From Phycisphaerales bacterium UBA1924 (lineage in GTDB: Bacteria; Planctomycetota; Phycisphaerae; Phycisphaerales; UBA1924): a DNA stretch of 64,000 nt. The stretch spans positions 1,510,925 to 1,574,924 of the forward strand of contig CBDIPV010000001.1 in the NCBI GenBank assembly GCA_965283805.1. The letters run 5' to 3'. Shown here in pieces: positions 10,302 to 19,385 of this stretch. The first letter of the stretch is position 1, and the number at the start of each line of letters is the position of its first letter. Position numbers and translations under genes: made by a program. The notes under the pieces were generated by a model that was not told where the DNA came from, made no database searches, and saw nothing but the letters and a program-made list of their open reading frames with translations.

Positions 10302-11552
10302 TCAGTCCTCGACCAGGAGGCGCGGGCGGCGGAGCAGCACACGATCTTGGATCGGTCCGTTCTCGCCGGGATCGATCTCAATGACTAGATGGGTGGTGCC
10401 GGCGGGGAGCGGGACATTGATCTCAGCGGCCGGTTGCTGGGCATTGAGCCGCTGCTCAAGCACCGTGGAGCCGCCGCGGGACGATTGCGCAACGATGCGG
10501 ATGACACAATCTGTCCAGCGTTCGATGGGTGCTTCGATGCTGCACGCGAAGCGAGCCGCGCCGATCGGGATCGGGTAGTGGGCCCGCATCGGGCTGGGAA
10601 AATCGATGCTCCGGAGTGTTGAATGCGATGCGCCGCGGTCCAGAACCCGAGGGGCGGGTGTCCAATCACGATCACCGGTCGCGTCGACCCGATCGGGCAC
10701 CAACTCGCTTAGCGCAACGACGCGCAGCCCCGGATCGATCACCTGCAGCGATCGCAGCGTATCGGTGTCAAAGATCCATGTGCTGTTTCCAGTGTCATCG
10801 AGACCCAGCGAGATCGTGTCGACATCGATCATGATCGGCTGCTGGTTGTCATACTTGAACATTCCGGCTCGCAGCACCTCCTGCTGGGTGAATGAGAGGT
10901 AGATCCCAGGCATAACCGCCGGCTCGTTTGCGAACTGGATTGACTCGATTCGGCTCGTCTCGATGTCCAGCTCGCTGCCGTCGCTCATCGCGATGCGGGT
11001 CAGGGGCCCGACCGATTCGATGAACCCGATGATCTCGTCGCCGGTCCGTGTCTGCACCGTATCATCGATGAGCGGGTCGGCCGTTTGAACCTGCGGCTGC
11101 GCCGATTCGTCTGCGATGCGCAGCACCTGTTCGATCGGGACCCGGGCCCGCCCGTGCACATCACGCCCGGCGATCAGTGTGAAGGCGATCTGCTCGGGCA
11201 TGTCGGGCTCGATGATGCTGCCCCGGATGACCTGGCCATCGATGAGCGAAATGAGCCGCACCGGGCTTTGCTGGGGCGTGGGGGCACCGACCAGATCTTC
11301 CTCGGCTTCTTGAGCATCCTGTGTACGGACCATAAAGAGCACATCGTTCATCGACACACGGCTGCGGATGCCGTAGGCGCTGCGGAGCACCAACTCACGC
11401 TCGTCGGCATGGTCGATGAGGGTTTCTCTGAGTTCGAGATCGCGCATGCAGACGATCCAGCCATCGGGCAGCCCCTGCGCGGTCGCCTGGGCGCTGAGCA
11501 GGCCCGTGATGAGGGCTGGGAAGAGGGCCGGGATGAGTGGGTAATATTTCAT
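10302..11552 (-). CDS. secreted hypothetical protein (last gene of DUF58/BatA operon)
   Basis: Internal ATG at 11552 gives MKYYPLIPALFPALITGLLSAQATAQG (signal peptide). This ATG overlaps the upstream stop (ATGA). No recognisable domain. Confidence 0.65.
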   Translation of the reverse strand: MKYYPLIPALFPALITGLLSAQATAQGLPDGWIVCMRDLELRETLIDHADERELVLRSAYGIRSRVSMNDVLFMVRTQDAQEAEEDLVGAPTPQQSPVRLISLIDGQVIRGSIIEPDMPEQIAFTLIAGRDVHGRARVPIEQVLRIADESAQPQVQTADPLIDDTVQTRTGDEIIGFIESVGPLTRIAMSDGSELDIETSRIESIQFANEPAVMPGIYLSFTQQEVLRAGMFKYDNQQPIMIDVDTISLGLDDTGNSTWIFDTDTLRSLQVIDPGLRVVALSELVPDRVDATGDRDWTPAPRVLDRGASHSTLRSIDFPSPMRAHYPIPIGAARFACSIEAPIERWTDCVIRIVAQSSRGGSTVLEQRLNAQQPAAEINVPLPAGTTHLVIEIDPGENGPIQDRVLLRRPRLLVED

Positions 11553-12607
11553 TTCTGGAAAATCGGGAGATAGCGCTTGGGCATCTGCAGCACAATCAGG
11601 GCCATCGCGGTGCCATAGGGCTTGCCGACCGAGCGGTCGTCCCAAGAACCCTCATCGTTCTGCATGCCGAGCAGTTCGGTGCGGATCGCTGGCCACCATG
11701 TCGCCCAGTGTTCATCGCCAGCGAGGTACATCGATTGTACGGCGTAATACTGTCCATAGAAATAATGCGAGCGTGTCGCGCTGGCGCGCCCGGGCATCGC
11801 GTTGCTTTCGAGATACTCGAGCCCTTTGTCGATCGCATCGTCCTCGTAGATCCCCGCGTAGTAGAGCGACGCGACACCCGCGGCGGTCCTGGGCCACGCG
11901 CTGTTGCCCGAGCCGAGCTGGTACTTGAACCCGCCGTCGGCGTTCTGGCACTTTCGAACATACTCGACCGCTCGATCGATCACCTGCGCGTTTACCTCTA
12001 CACCGACGTTGCGGGCGCTGCGGAGACCCATGATCAGGCAGATGGTGACCGAGACATCGGCGTCGTACGGCACCGGGTTGTATCGCCAGCCGCCCTCGTC
12101 GTTTTGGGTTTGTTCGATGAGCCGAACCGCCTTGACCAGCGCTTCGTGGATCCGGTTGGTGCGTGTGCTGTCGCCACCGGGCGTCATGCCGTAGACCTCG
12201 CCGAGGAACAATGTCGCGAACCCGTGCCCGTACATCGGGCCGTTGTTGGCTTCGGAAGTGATCAGGCCGCTGTCTGCGGATGAGTTGAGAATGAACTCGA
12301 CGCCGCGATCGACGACATCGCCCAGCTCGCCGCGCCCCGGGATGTGACCGTCGCTCATGAGCGCGAGGCAGGCGAGCGAGGTGATCGCAACATTTTTGCC
12401 GTATCGGCCTGATTCCCACGACCCATCGGGCTCTTGGGTGCGTGCGAGATACTCGATGCCGAGCTTGATGCTCGCGTCGAGTTCGGGGATAATTTCCTGA
12501 TCGAGCGGTTGGTTCTGCGCACCGCCCTCAGCCGGGCCGGTGGTCGGCTGGGCGAACAGCAACGAAGAGCCGCATGCAAGCGGGATGAGTGTCCGGGCGT
12601 ATTTCAT
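11549..12607 (-). CDS. secreted prenyltransferase/squalene-oxidase-repeat (terpene-cyclase-like alpha/alpha toroid) protein
   Basis: Signal peptide present. Repeated QxxDGSW/GGW/GGF motifs are QEPDGSWESGRYG, NDEGGWRY, NADGGFKYQ and NDEGSWDD. There are ATGA overlaps at both ends. Confidence 0.75.
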   Translation of the reverse strand: MKYARTLIPLACGSSLLFAQPTTGPAEGGAQNQPLDQEIIPELDASIKLGIEYLARTQEPDGSWESGRYGKNVAITSLACLALMSDGHIPGRGELGDVVDRGVEFILNSSADSGLITSEANNGPMYGHGFATLFLGEVYGMTPGGDSTRTNRIHEALVKAVRLIEQTQNDEGGWRYNPVPYDADVSVTICLIMGLRSARNVGVEVNAQVIDRAVEYVRKCQNADGGFKYQLGSGNSAWPRTAAGVASLYYAGIYEDDAIDKGLEYLESNAMPGRASATRSHYFYGQYYAVQSMYLAGDEHWATWWPAIRTELLGMQNDEGSWDDRSVGKPYGTAMALIVLQMPKRYLPIFQK

Positions 12608-13269
12608 TGATCTTCGTCCTCGGCAAGCGCGCGATAGTACTCTTCGGTGATCGACCGGTACAGCTCTGAGTAGCGGTCGCTGATGCCTTGGGAGAGGGCA
12701 TCGCGGATTCGCTGGGGCAGCGCCCCCCAGGCGACGCCGTCGGGCGCGATTGCATCACCCGGGCTGGCTGTCGAAGTCCCACCGGGCATGCTCGGCTCGC
12801 CCGATTCATTTCCCGGCGGGCCTTGCTGGCCTTGGCCCTGCTGCTGTTGCTGATTGGGCTGCTGCTGGTTGCTGCTCGACGATGATTGCGCGCCCGAGGA
12901 ACTGCTGCCCCCGCCCTGCTGATTGTTCTTGGCGGACTCGATCACCTGATCGAGCTTGCGAAGTATGTCTTCTTGCAACCGCTGGGTCGCAACCGAGAGA
13001 TCGCTGCCAGATTCGATGCGGGTCGCGACCTGGTTCATCAGATTCACGGCTTGCCCGAGCGCTTCGCCCGCTTCTTTGGGGCTCAGAATCTGCTTGAGCG
13101 CTTCCTGGTTTGGATCGACCACCGGCTGCTCTGCTTCTTCGAGCCCCAACAGCTCGTCGAGACTCGGCAGCGGCTCAATGGCGGGCTTGCTCGGTTCCGG
13201 CTGCGAAGAGGCAATCGAACTGCTCAGCATGAGCAGCATGCTGATCGAGATGATGTGGTCAAATCTCAT
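12604..13269 (-). CDS. secreted hypothetical protein with Gln/Ser/Gly-rich region
   Basis: 221 aa with a signal peptide (MLLMLSSSIASSQ) and a low-complexity stretch, SSSSNQQQPNQQQQQGQGQQGPPG. Translationally coupled on both sides. Confidence 0.65.
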   Translation of the reverse strand: MRFDHIISISMLLMLSSSIASSQPEPSKPAIEPLPSLDELLGLEEAEQPVVDPNQEALKQILSPKEAGEALGQAVNLMNQVATRIESGSDLSVATQRLQEDILRKLDQVIESAKNNQQGGGSSSSGAQSSSSSNQQQPNQQQQQGQGQQGPPGNESGEPSMPGGTSTASPGDAIAPDGVAWGALPQRIRDALSQGISDRYSELYRSITEEYYRALAEDEDQ

Positions 13270-16200
13270 TGGTCATCTCCTCCATCATTCTCTACCGGTT
13301 CGCGGGGGTCGGGGTTCGGTTGTTGGGCATCATCCTCAGATTCGCTCGGCTGGGGCTGCGGTTGCGGGGATGGTTGGCGGGTGGGGTTTATTCGTTCGAT
13401 CAGATCGGCGCCCTGCTCAAAGAGCTGCTTCTGTAACTCGCCCACGGCCCGCACCTCGGCTTGATCCGGCGCTGAGCCCATCTCGCTCATCGACCGGGTC
13501 TGATCGGCGACAAGCTGCTGCATGCTCCGCAGCAGACGCAGTTCGGCAACCGGTGGGATCAACGGTTCATCTCCACTACCCTGACCACCGCCCTGGCCAC
13601 CGCCTTGGGATCCACCGTCATCGAAGTCTTCGGCTTGATCCTGCTGCTGCTCGCCGAGTACTTCGATGAGCGATGATAAAATCATCATGGATTGGCGTTG
13701 GCTTTGGGTCGTGCGCGTCGTGATCTGCCGCTCACCAAGCCCTTGGCTGCTCTGGGCCATGAGCCGATCGAGCTGGGCGTGGGCGAGCGTGAAGACCGGG
13801 GCTTCGCTGAGCCCCTCGGTCTCTTGGGGCATCTGCGTGAGTTCATCCGTGAGTTCAATTTGCTGTTGTCCGATCGCACGCGCCTGGGAGCGTTCTCGCC
13901 TTGCGAGCGGGTCCTGCCCGAGCGCGAGGGTCTCGTCGTGGATACGCGATTGCGTGTCCAGCGCCTGCTCGTATTTCGCTTTAAGCTCTTCGCGAGCACG
14001 CTGGGCCTGACGCTGCGCGGCCTGCTCATCGAGCCGCTGGGCTTCCTCGAGTGCGTTGAAGAGGTGCTGCAGCGCGCCGCGCTGGGCCTGCTCGGAGCGA
14101 TCTGCCTCGGGGGGGTTCGCACGCAACGCGCTGATCGCGGTGTTTTGTGCAGCGCCGGCCCGTCCGATGTGATCCGCGATGATGCGTGTTTCAGGGAAAG
14201 CGCCGAGCGCCTCGTCTCGGACACTCAGGGTGTTGCCGACAAGCGCGATGATCCGGGCATCGAGGTCTGTGAAGTCATTGCTCAGCTTGGCACGATCGAG
14301 CCGGATCAGCTCACGCTCTTGGGCATCGATGAGCCCCTTGATCGAGTCAATGATCGACGCCAGCTCGCGGCGCAGCGCGTTGTCGCGGTTCTGGATCGTG
14401 TTCTCGAGCTCTTCGAGCAACTCTTCAAGCTCTTCGAGTACCTCGTCCTGCGATTGGGTCGCGTTCCCGGTCTGATTCTGCTGGATCTGTGCTCCCGCCT
14501 CGCGCAGTTTCTGTTCGAGCTGCGCGGCTCGCGCCTGCTGCGCGGCCCGGCGCAATGCCTGGGCCTGGGTCGGATCATTCTCTTGGAGTTCTTGGGCACG
14601 CTGATCGAGCGTGTTGATCGCCTGGCGTGCATCCTCGGCATTCTGCAGCTGGCGATCAAGAATCTGCTGGAGCGCGCTGCGATCGTCCGCACTCAGCTCA
14701 TCAAGAGTCTGGCCCGCGGTGCGCTGGGATAGCTCCTGCGTGTCTTCCCGGAGCGTTTCGAGGTCGCTGCGGAGCTGCTGCACATTGCGAAGCGCCAGCC
14801 AAGCATCTTGCCCCTGGTCGAGCATCGCGAGCAGCTCACCGATCTGATCGCGCACACGGCGCTGGCTCTGAGACGCCGGTTCGTTGCTGCCCCTGCTGAT
14901 CTGCTCTTGGGCGCGTTCGCTCTGCTGCGTGGCTTGCTCGAGCACACCGGACGCATCATTGAGTGTCGCGCGCAGCGCTTCATCGTCGAGGTTGTTGCGT
15001 CGCACGGTTTGGGAGAGCTGCTCGATCGCGCGTTGATTGGCACGCAGCCGCTCGCTGAGTGACCGCTGCTCATCGGCCGTGCGCGGCGAACGGTCACGCA
15101 GCATCCGCTGGAGCTCGGCCTGGCGTTCATCGAGCTGGCGCAGATTGCCACGCATCGGGTCGAGCGCACGCCGGACCTGCTCGATGAGTTCACGCTGTTC
15201 GACGATCCGCAGCACCCGCACGCTCGACTCGCCGCTCCCCATCGCCGGGTCCGATTCGTTGGCCCGCAGATCCCAGGCCGTCGCCCAGACGCGGAGCTCG
15301 TCGCCCGGCTCAAGCACAAGCGTTGAGAGGTCGAGTGTGTGCGTGAGCGTGGCGCTCGGCTCGATGTCGATCGTTGTCTCCGCGATCTCGATGGGCTCAC
15401 CGATCGGCTCGGGCGGAGCACCGCTCGAACCCTCGGGCGGCGACGCACGACGCGCCCGGATCGTGGCACGGGTGAGTCCAAAGTCATCGCTGAGTTCGGC
15501 GCCGATCTCCACTCGGGCCTGCGCGGTCACCTGCTCGTCGCGCGTCGGTTCGATGATGCGGGCGCTGGGGCTGAGATCCTCGAGCACTTCCAGCGACGCG
15601 ATAATTGGTGTCCGCACCGGGATGCCCGCACGATCGCGGACCGCGGGCTCAATAACGATCGATTCGTTGGCGATCAGCTCCAGCCGGATGCTCCGCTCAT
15701 CGGGCTGATCGAACGCGACCAGGCCCGCGGATGATGCTACCCGCTGCACCCACTGCGGCTGCTGCTCGTCCCACGCGACGGGCTTACTGAACTTCCAGAC
15801 CAATGCCACGCGCGTGCCTGCGAGCACGGGGCGAACCAGCAGATCGCTCTTGTCGCTCTCGATCTGCCCCGCTCGAATCGACCCGCGCTGGGCGAGTGCT
15901 GAAGCGTACTGCGGCGGGCTGAGATCGACGATCGTCTCTTGGAGTTGCGGCGGACGGGCGAGCACGAGCCGGTTGGTGCGCGTCGCGTCGTCGCGTGTGG
16001 TGATCCGATACTCCAGCGTCAGTCGCTGCTGCTCGGGGACACGGGCGGCACGGTCGCGCACATCGATCAGTTGCTCATACACCGGGACACCCTTGATCGT
16101 GTCTCGCTTGCGTTGCGGCATGAGCAGGGTGCGTGACCAGTCACCCAGTTCGTTGCCGTTTTCGTCCAGCAGCCGCCAGGTGACCAGCGTTCGCGTCGTG

Positions 16201-16952
16201 TCGTCGAGCTGGGTCTGCGGGTTGCCGATCAGCGCCCGGATGGGCACCGGCGCGTCGACGGCCCGCGCGTCACTGGGGGTGATGTCATCAATCGCGTACC
16301 GCACGGGCCAGCGGGTGGCATCCCACGGCGTGAGCACCCGATGCGCCCCCACGCGCAAGGTCGTCGGATTGAGCACCCCGATGAGGGTCACGATCGCCGC
16401 CAGCACCGCAACTGCGCCGGCGGGACGAGCGAGCACACCCAGCCGCAGCAGACTTGATGTATCAAAGCTCTCAAATCGCCGGCTCGCCGACCGCAGCGCG
16501 GCCAGACGCAGGGCATCGCGATCGATCGCGTCCACATCCGGCTCATCATCCACATCATCGGCGTCCTGTACATCGCCATGCTCAAGATCCACCGCGCTGG
16601 CGAGCAGCCCGCGCGCCGACGGGTGACGCCGCTCGATCAGCAGGGCGACATCGGTCGGCCGCAGTCGCGTGGAGATCGCAGGGAGTACTCTGCGCAGCAC
16701 AAGCCGGATCACCAGCGCAAGCAACCCCGCGAGCAGCACGATGCGGACCGAGGCAGGGAGACGGAGCAGCAGATCAAGGCCGCCGATCGCCAGTGCACCG
16801 AGTACCAGAGCGCCCAAGCAAACCAGCACGGCGCGCAGAACCAGCACCATGCGTAGGCGACGCGCGATCGCATCCAAGCGACCCCGCAAGCGCGCGATCG
16901 CGGCGGCGGGGTCGGAGCCGGGTGGGGTTGGTTTGGGCTGCTGCTGGGTCAT
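13266..16952 (-). CDS. large (1228 aa) membrane-anchored coiled-coil protein
   Basis: The N-terminus has two hydrophobic helices (VLVLRAVLVCLGALVLGALAIGGL, VRIVLLAGLLALVIRLVL). A beta-rich middle is followed by several hundred residues of Q/E/R/L-rich heptad-like sequence and a Gly/Gln-rich acidic tail. The architecture recalls DUF4175-type planctomycetal proteins (from memory, unverified). Confidence 0.7.
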   Translation of the reverse strand: MTQQQPKPTPPGSDPAAAIARLRGRLDAIARRLRMVLVLRAVLVCLGALVLGALAIGGLDLLLRLPASVRIVLLAGLLALVIRLVLRRVLPAISTRLRPTDVALLIERRHPSARGLLASAVDLEHGDVQDADDVDDEPDVDAIDRDALRLAALRSASRRFESFDTSSLLRLGVLARPAGAVAVLAAIVTLIGVLNPTTLRVGAHRVLTPWDATRWPVRYAIDDITPSDARAVDAPVPIRALIGNPQTQLDDTTRTLVTWRLLDENGNELGDWSRTLLMPQRKRDTIKGVPVYEQLIDVRDRAARVPEQQRLTLEYRITTRDDATRTNRLVLARPPQLQETIVDLSPPQYASALAQRGSIRAGQIESDKSDLLVRPVLAGTRVALVWKFSKPVAWDEQQPQWVQRVASSAGLVAFDQPDERSIRLELIANESIVIEPAVRDRAGIPVRTPIIASLEVLEDLSPSARIIEPTRDEQVTAQARVEIGAELSDDFGLTRATIRARRASPPEGSSGAPPEPIGEPIEIAETTIDIEPSATLTHTLDLSTLVLEPGDELRVWATAWDLRANESDPAMGSGESSVRVLRIVEQRELIEQVRRALDPMRGNLRQLDERQAELQRMLRDRSPRTADEQRSLSERLRANQRAIEQLSQTVRRNNLDDEALRATLNDASGVLEQATQQSERAQEQISRGSNEPASQSQRRVRDQIGELLAMLDQGQDAWLALRNVQQLRSDLETLREDTQELSQRTAGQTLDELSADDRSALQQILDRQLQNAEDARQAINTLDQRAQELQENDPTQAQALRRAAQQARAAQLEQKLREAGAQIQQNQTGNATQSQDEVLEELEELLEELENTIQNRDNALRRELASIIDSIKGLIDAQERELIRLDRAKLSNDFTDLDARIIALVGNTLSVRDEALGAFPETRIIADHIGRAGAAQNTAISALRANPPEADRSEQAQRGALQHLFNALEEAQRLDEQAAQRQAQRAREELKAKYEQALDTQSRIHDETLALGQDPLARRERSQARAIGQQQIELTDELTQMPQETEGLSEAPVFTLAHAQLDRLMAQSSQGLGERQITTRTTQSQRQSMMILSSLIEVLGEQQQDQAEDFDDGGSQGGGQGGGQGSGDEPLIPPVAELRLLRSMQQLVADQTRSMSEMGSAPDQAEVRAVGELQKQLFEQGADLIERINPTRQPSPQPQPQPSESEDDAQQPNPDPREPVENDGGDDQ

Positions 16953-16997
16953 GCTGGTCTCTGATGCCTTTTTCTATGGTGCTCTGTGCGAGAAGTG

Positions 16998-19385
16998 CTA
17001 TGCCAAACGAGCGATGCGACGCCCGATCCACTCGATGCTCACCAGCACGATCAGCACGATCAGCACGATCGGGCGGTCCCACAGCGATGCGCGCCGGGGT
17101 GGCGAGGAGATGGTGCGGGCCCGGTTGGGCAACTGCGATGGGATCTGGGCGAACTCGGCTGGCATCGAAACCCAGCCCCCGGTCGCTTGCGCGAGTGTGG
17201 AAAGGGTTGCAAAGTCTGTATCGAGCTGGCGGCGTTCGTCTGCACGATCGAAGACCTGGGCCCGCTGGGCAATCTGGGACATCTGCGCATCCAAGCCAAG
17301 CGGGCTGAGCTCGAAGCTCCCTGCCCGAGCTGGAATCCAGGTCCCGCTGCGGGTGTCACCGGTCCCCACCAGCTCAACTTCCGCTGGTTCGCCTCGATCG
17401 GCGAGCGAGGCCACCCGCACACGGACACGCTCGGGGAGCGCGTCGATCCGCTGCTGATCGAACACGCGGAGGGTGATCTGCGTGGCTTGGTTAATCAGCG
17501 GGTTCTGCGGGCTCATGACGAGCTGTGCAGGTGCCGCGCGGCGGGCGACGGTGCCACGGCCAAGCGATCGGATCATGGGCAGCCAGAAACGCTCCGGGAG
17601 GTCCTCGCCGCGGCCATATCGCCAGCGCCAGATCTCATCGGTGCCGACGAATATGGAGCTGCCGGCTCCGTATCGCATCATGGTGACGAGCGGCGCAGTC
17701 TGCTGGGTCTCAACGCTTGTCGCATGGGCCAGCACGCTCACGCCCGGCTTGAACCCTGTCTCATCGAGCTGCAGCGCCCAGCGCAGCTTGGACCAGCCGG
17801 TGCTGGGGTCGCTGAGCCGCTCGAGCCATCGTGTCCGGTCATCACTCAGACGCAACACACCCAAGCGCGTGGCCTCGATGCTGCCCGACACCGTGACCTC
17901 ATCATCCCAGACGCGGGTTGTTGACTGCGAGCCGCCGGCATCGGCACGCATCGGAAGCAACGAATCAAGCGGCGTGCCCAGATAGCCGTCGGGGACGCTG
18001 CTTGGGCCCGCGACCCACATGATGCCCGCCCCGCGCTCGCGGATATGTTCGCGAAGTGATTCGAGCTGCTGCTGCGAAAAAAGCTCGGCACGCACATCGC
18101 CCAGAATGACCACATCGAACGGTTCCCACTCTTCGAGCGTCGCGGGGATGCTCGCGATCAGCTCATCACCCTCCTGGATGTATCTGCGTGACGCCGAGAG
18201 AAGCAGCGTCGAGCTGACGATCGAGCGTTCACGCAAAAGCAGGTTCTTGAGATACCGCTGCTCCCAGCGTGGGTAGCCATCAATATAAAGCACACGCATG
18301 GGGCGCTGCACGATGCGAAGCTCGATGCTGCTCGTGTCGTTTTCTTGGTTGAGATCGTTTGATTGCGCATCGCTGACGATGCGGATACCAAGCCGACGGT
18401 CTTCTCGCCCGCCGCGCTCGCTGGCGTCGCGCTCGGGCGTGTGCATCAGCGTGATCGCTTCACCGGTCGTGTTATCGTCGGGCAGATGTTCGGTGCTGAC
18501 CCGCATGCGATCGAGCACGCGACCCGATTCATGATCCACAAGCTCGACATACACCGGGCGGCGCTGCAGATCGTCGGCCACAATCCCGTTGGCACCCAGC
18601 TGCACGCGCACCGGCACGAGATCGTCGGCAAAGACCGCGTCGGGATGCTCGACACGCGCAATCGCCAGATCCCGCACTGGCTCGGCGCTGCCAAGGGGCA
18701 CACTGACCACGGGGATCTGTCGCTCGCTGAGCGAATCGATCAGTTCGGGATCGATCGCGCGGGTGCTCCGCCCGTCGCTGGCAAGCACGATCGCAGAGAT
18801 CGGGCGTGCAGCCGACTGCTGCAGCGCGCCTCGCAGGGCGGCATCGAGATCGGTGCCCAGCCCCATCGCGTCGCCCATCGCTTGCGCATCGGGCACGCCG
18901 CCCTCGCCGAGCACACGCACCCGCTCGTCGAACCCAAGCCAGACCACACGCTTCTCGTCTTGTAGCCCGTCCCAGTCATCGCCGGCTGCGCCCAGCATCT
19001 GCATCAGCTGCTGCTCGCGGGCGATCTGCGACTTGCCGGCGTCGGGCGTGTTCATGGATGCGGACCGGTCGAGCAGCACCATCACCCAGTCGGGCTCGGT
19101 TTCGATGATCGTCTGCTCGATTTTTGGACCCAGCGCGAGCACAAACAGCGCAACGAGCAGCAGCGTGCGGCATGCCGCGAGCAAACCGCGCAGCGTGCGC
19201 GAGCCGGGGATCGCACGGTACGACCACCACACAACCACAACAATGCACAGCACCACCAGCACGATCGCCCATGCAGGCCAAGCGTGCGTAAAACCGGGTT
19301 GCGCGTCGGGGGTACCGAATCCCAGCGGTTGTCCATCGGGGCCCTGCCCGCCAAGCCCAAAGATCGCATTGAGAAAGTCGTTCAT
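16998..19385 (-). CDS. membrane protein with VWA domain and class-I glutamine-amidotransferase-like domain (BatB-like)
   Basis: 795 aa with N-terminal TM helices and a VWA MIDAS start (VMVLLDRSASM). A mid region (MRVLYIDGYPRWEQRYL...FDVVILGDV...GAGIMWVAG) is followed by a C-terminal TM. ATGA overlap with the upstream gene. Confidence 0.7.
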   Translation of the reverse strand: MNDFLNAIFGLGGQGPDGQPLGFGTPDAQPGFTHAWPAWAIVLVVLCIVVVVWWSYRAIPGSRTLRGLLAACRTLLLVALFVLALGPKIEQTIIETEPDWVMVLLDRSASMNTPDAGKSQIAREQQLMQMLGAAGDDWDGLQDEKRVVWLGFDERVRVLGEGGVPDAQAMGDAMGLGTDLDAALRGALQQSAARPISAIVLASDGRSTRAIDPELIDSLSERQIPVVSVPLGSAEPVRDLAIARVEHPDAVFADDLVPVRVQLGANGIVADDLQRRPVYVELVDHESGRVLDRMRVSTEHLPDDNTTGEAITLMHTPERDASERGGREDRRLGIRIVSDAQSNDLNQENDTSSIELRIVQRPMRVLYIDGYPRWEQRYLKNLLLRERSIVSSTLLLSASRRYIQEGDELIASIPATLEEWEPFDVVILGDVRAELFSQQQLESLREHIRERGAGIMWVAGPSSVPDGYLGTPLDSLLPMRADAGGSQSTTRVWDDEVTVSGSIEATRLGVLRLSDDRTRWLERLSDPSTGWSKLRWALQLDETGFKPGVSVLAHATSVETQQTAPLVTMMRYGAGSSIFVGTDEIWRWRYGRGEDLPERFWLPMIRSLGRGTVARRAAPAQLVMSPQNPLINQATQITLRVFDQQRIDALPERVRVRVASLADRGEPAEVELVGTGDTRSGTWIPARAGSFELSPLGLDAQMSQIAQRAQVFDRADERRQLDTDFATLSTLAQATGGWVSMPAEFAQIPSQLPNRARTISSPPRRASLWDRPIVLIVLIVLVSIEWIGRRIARLA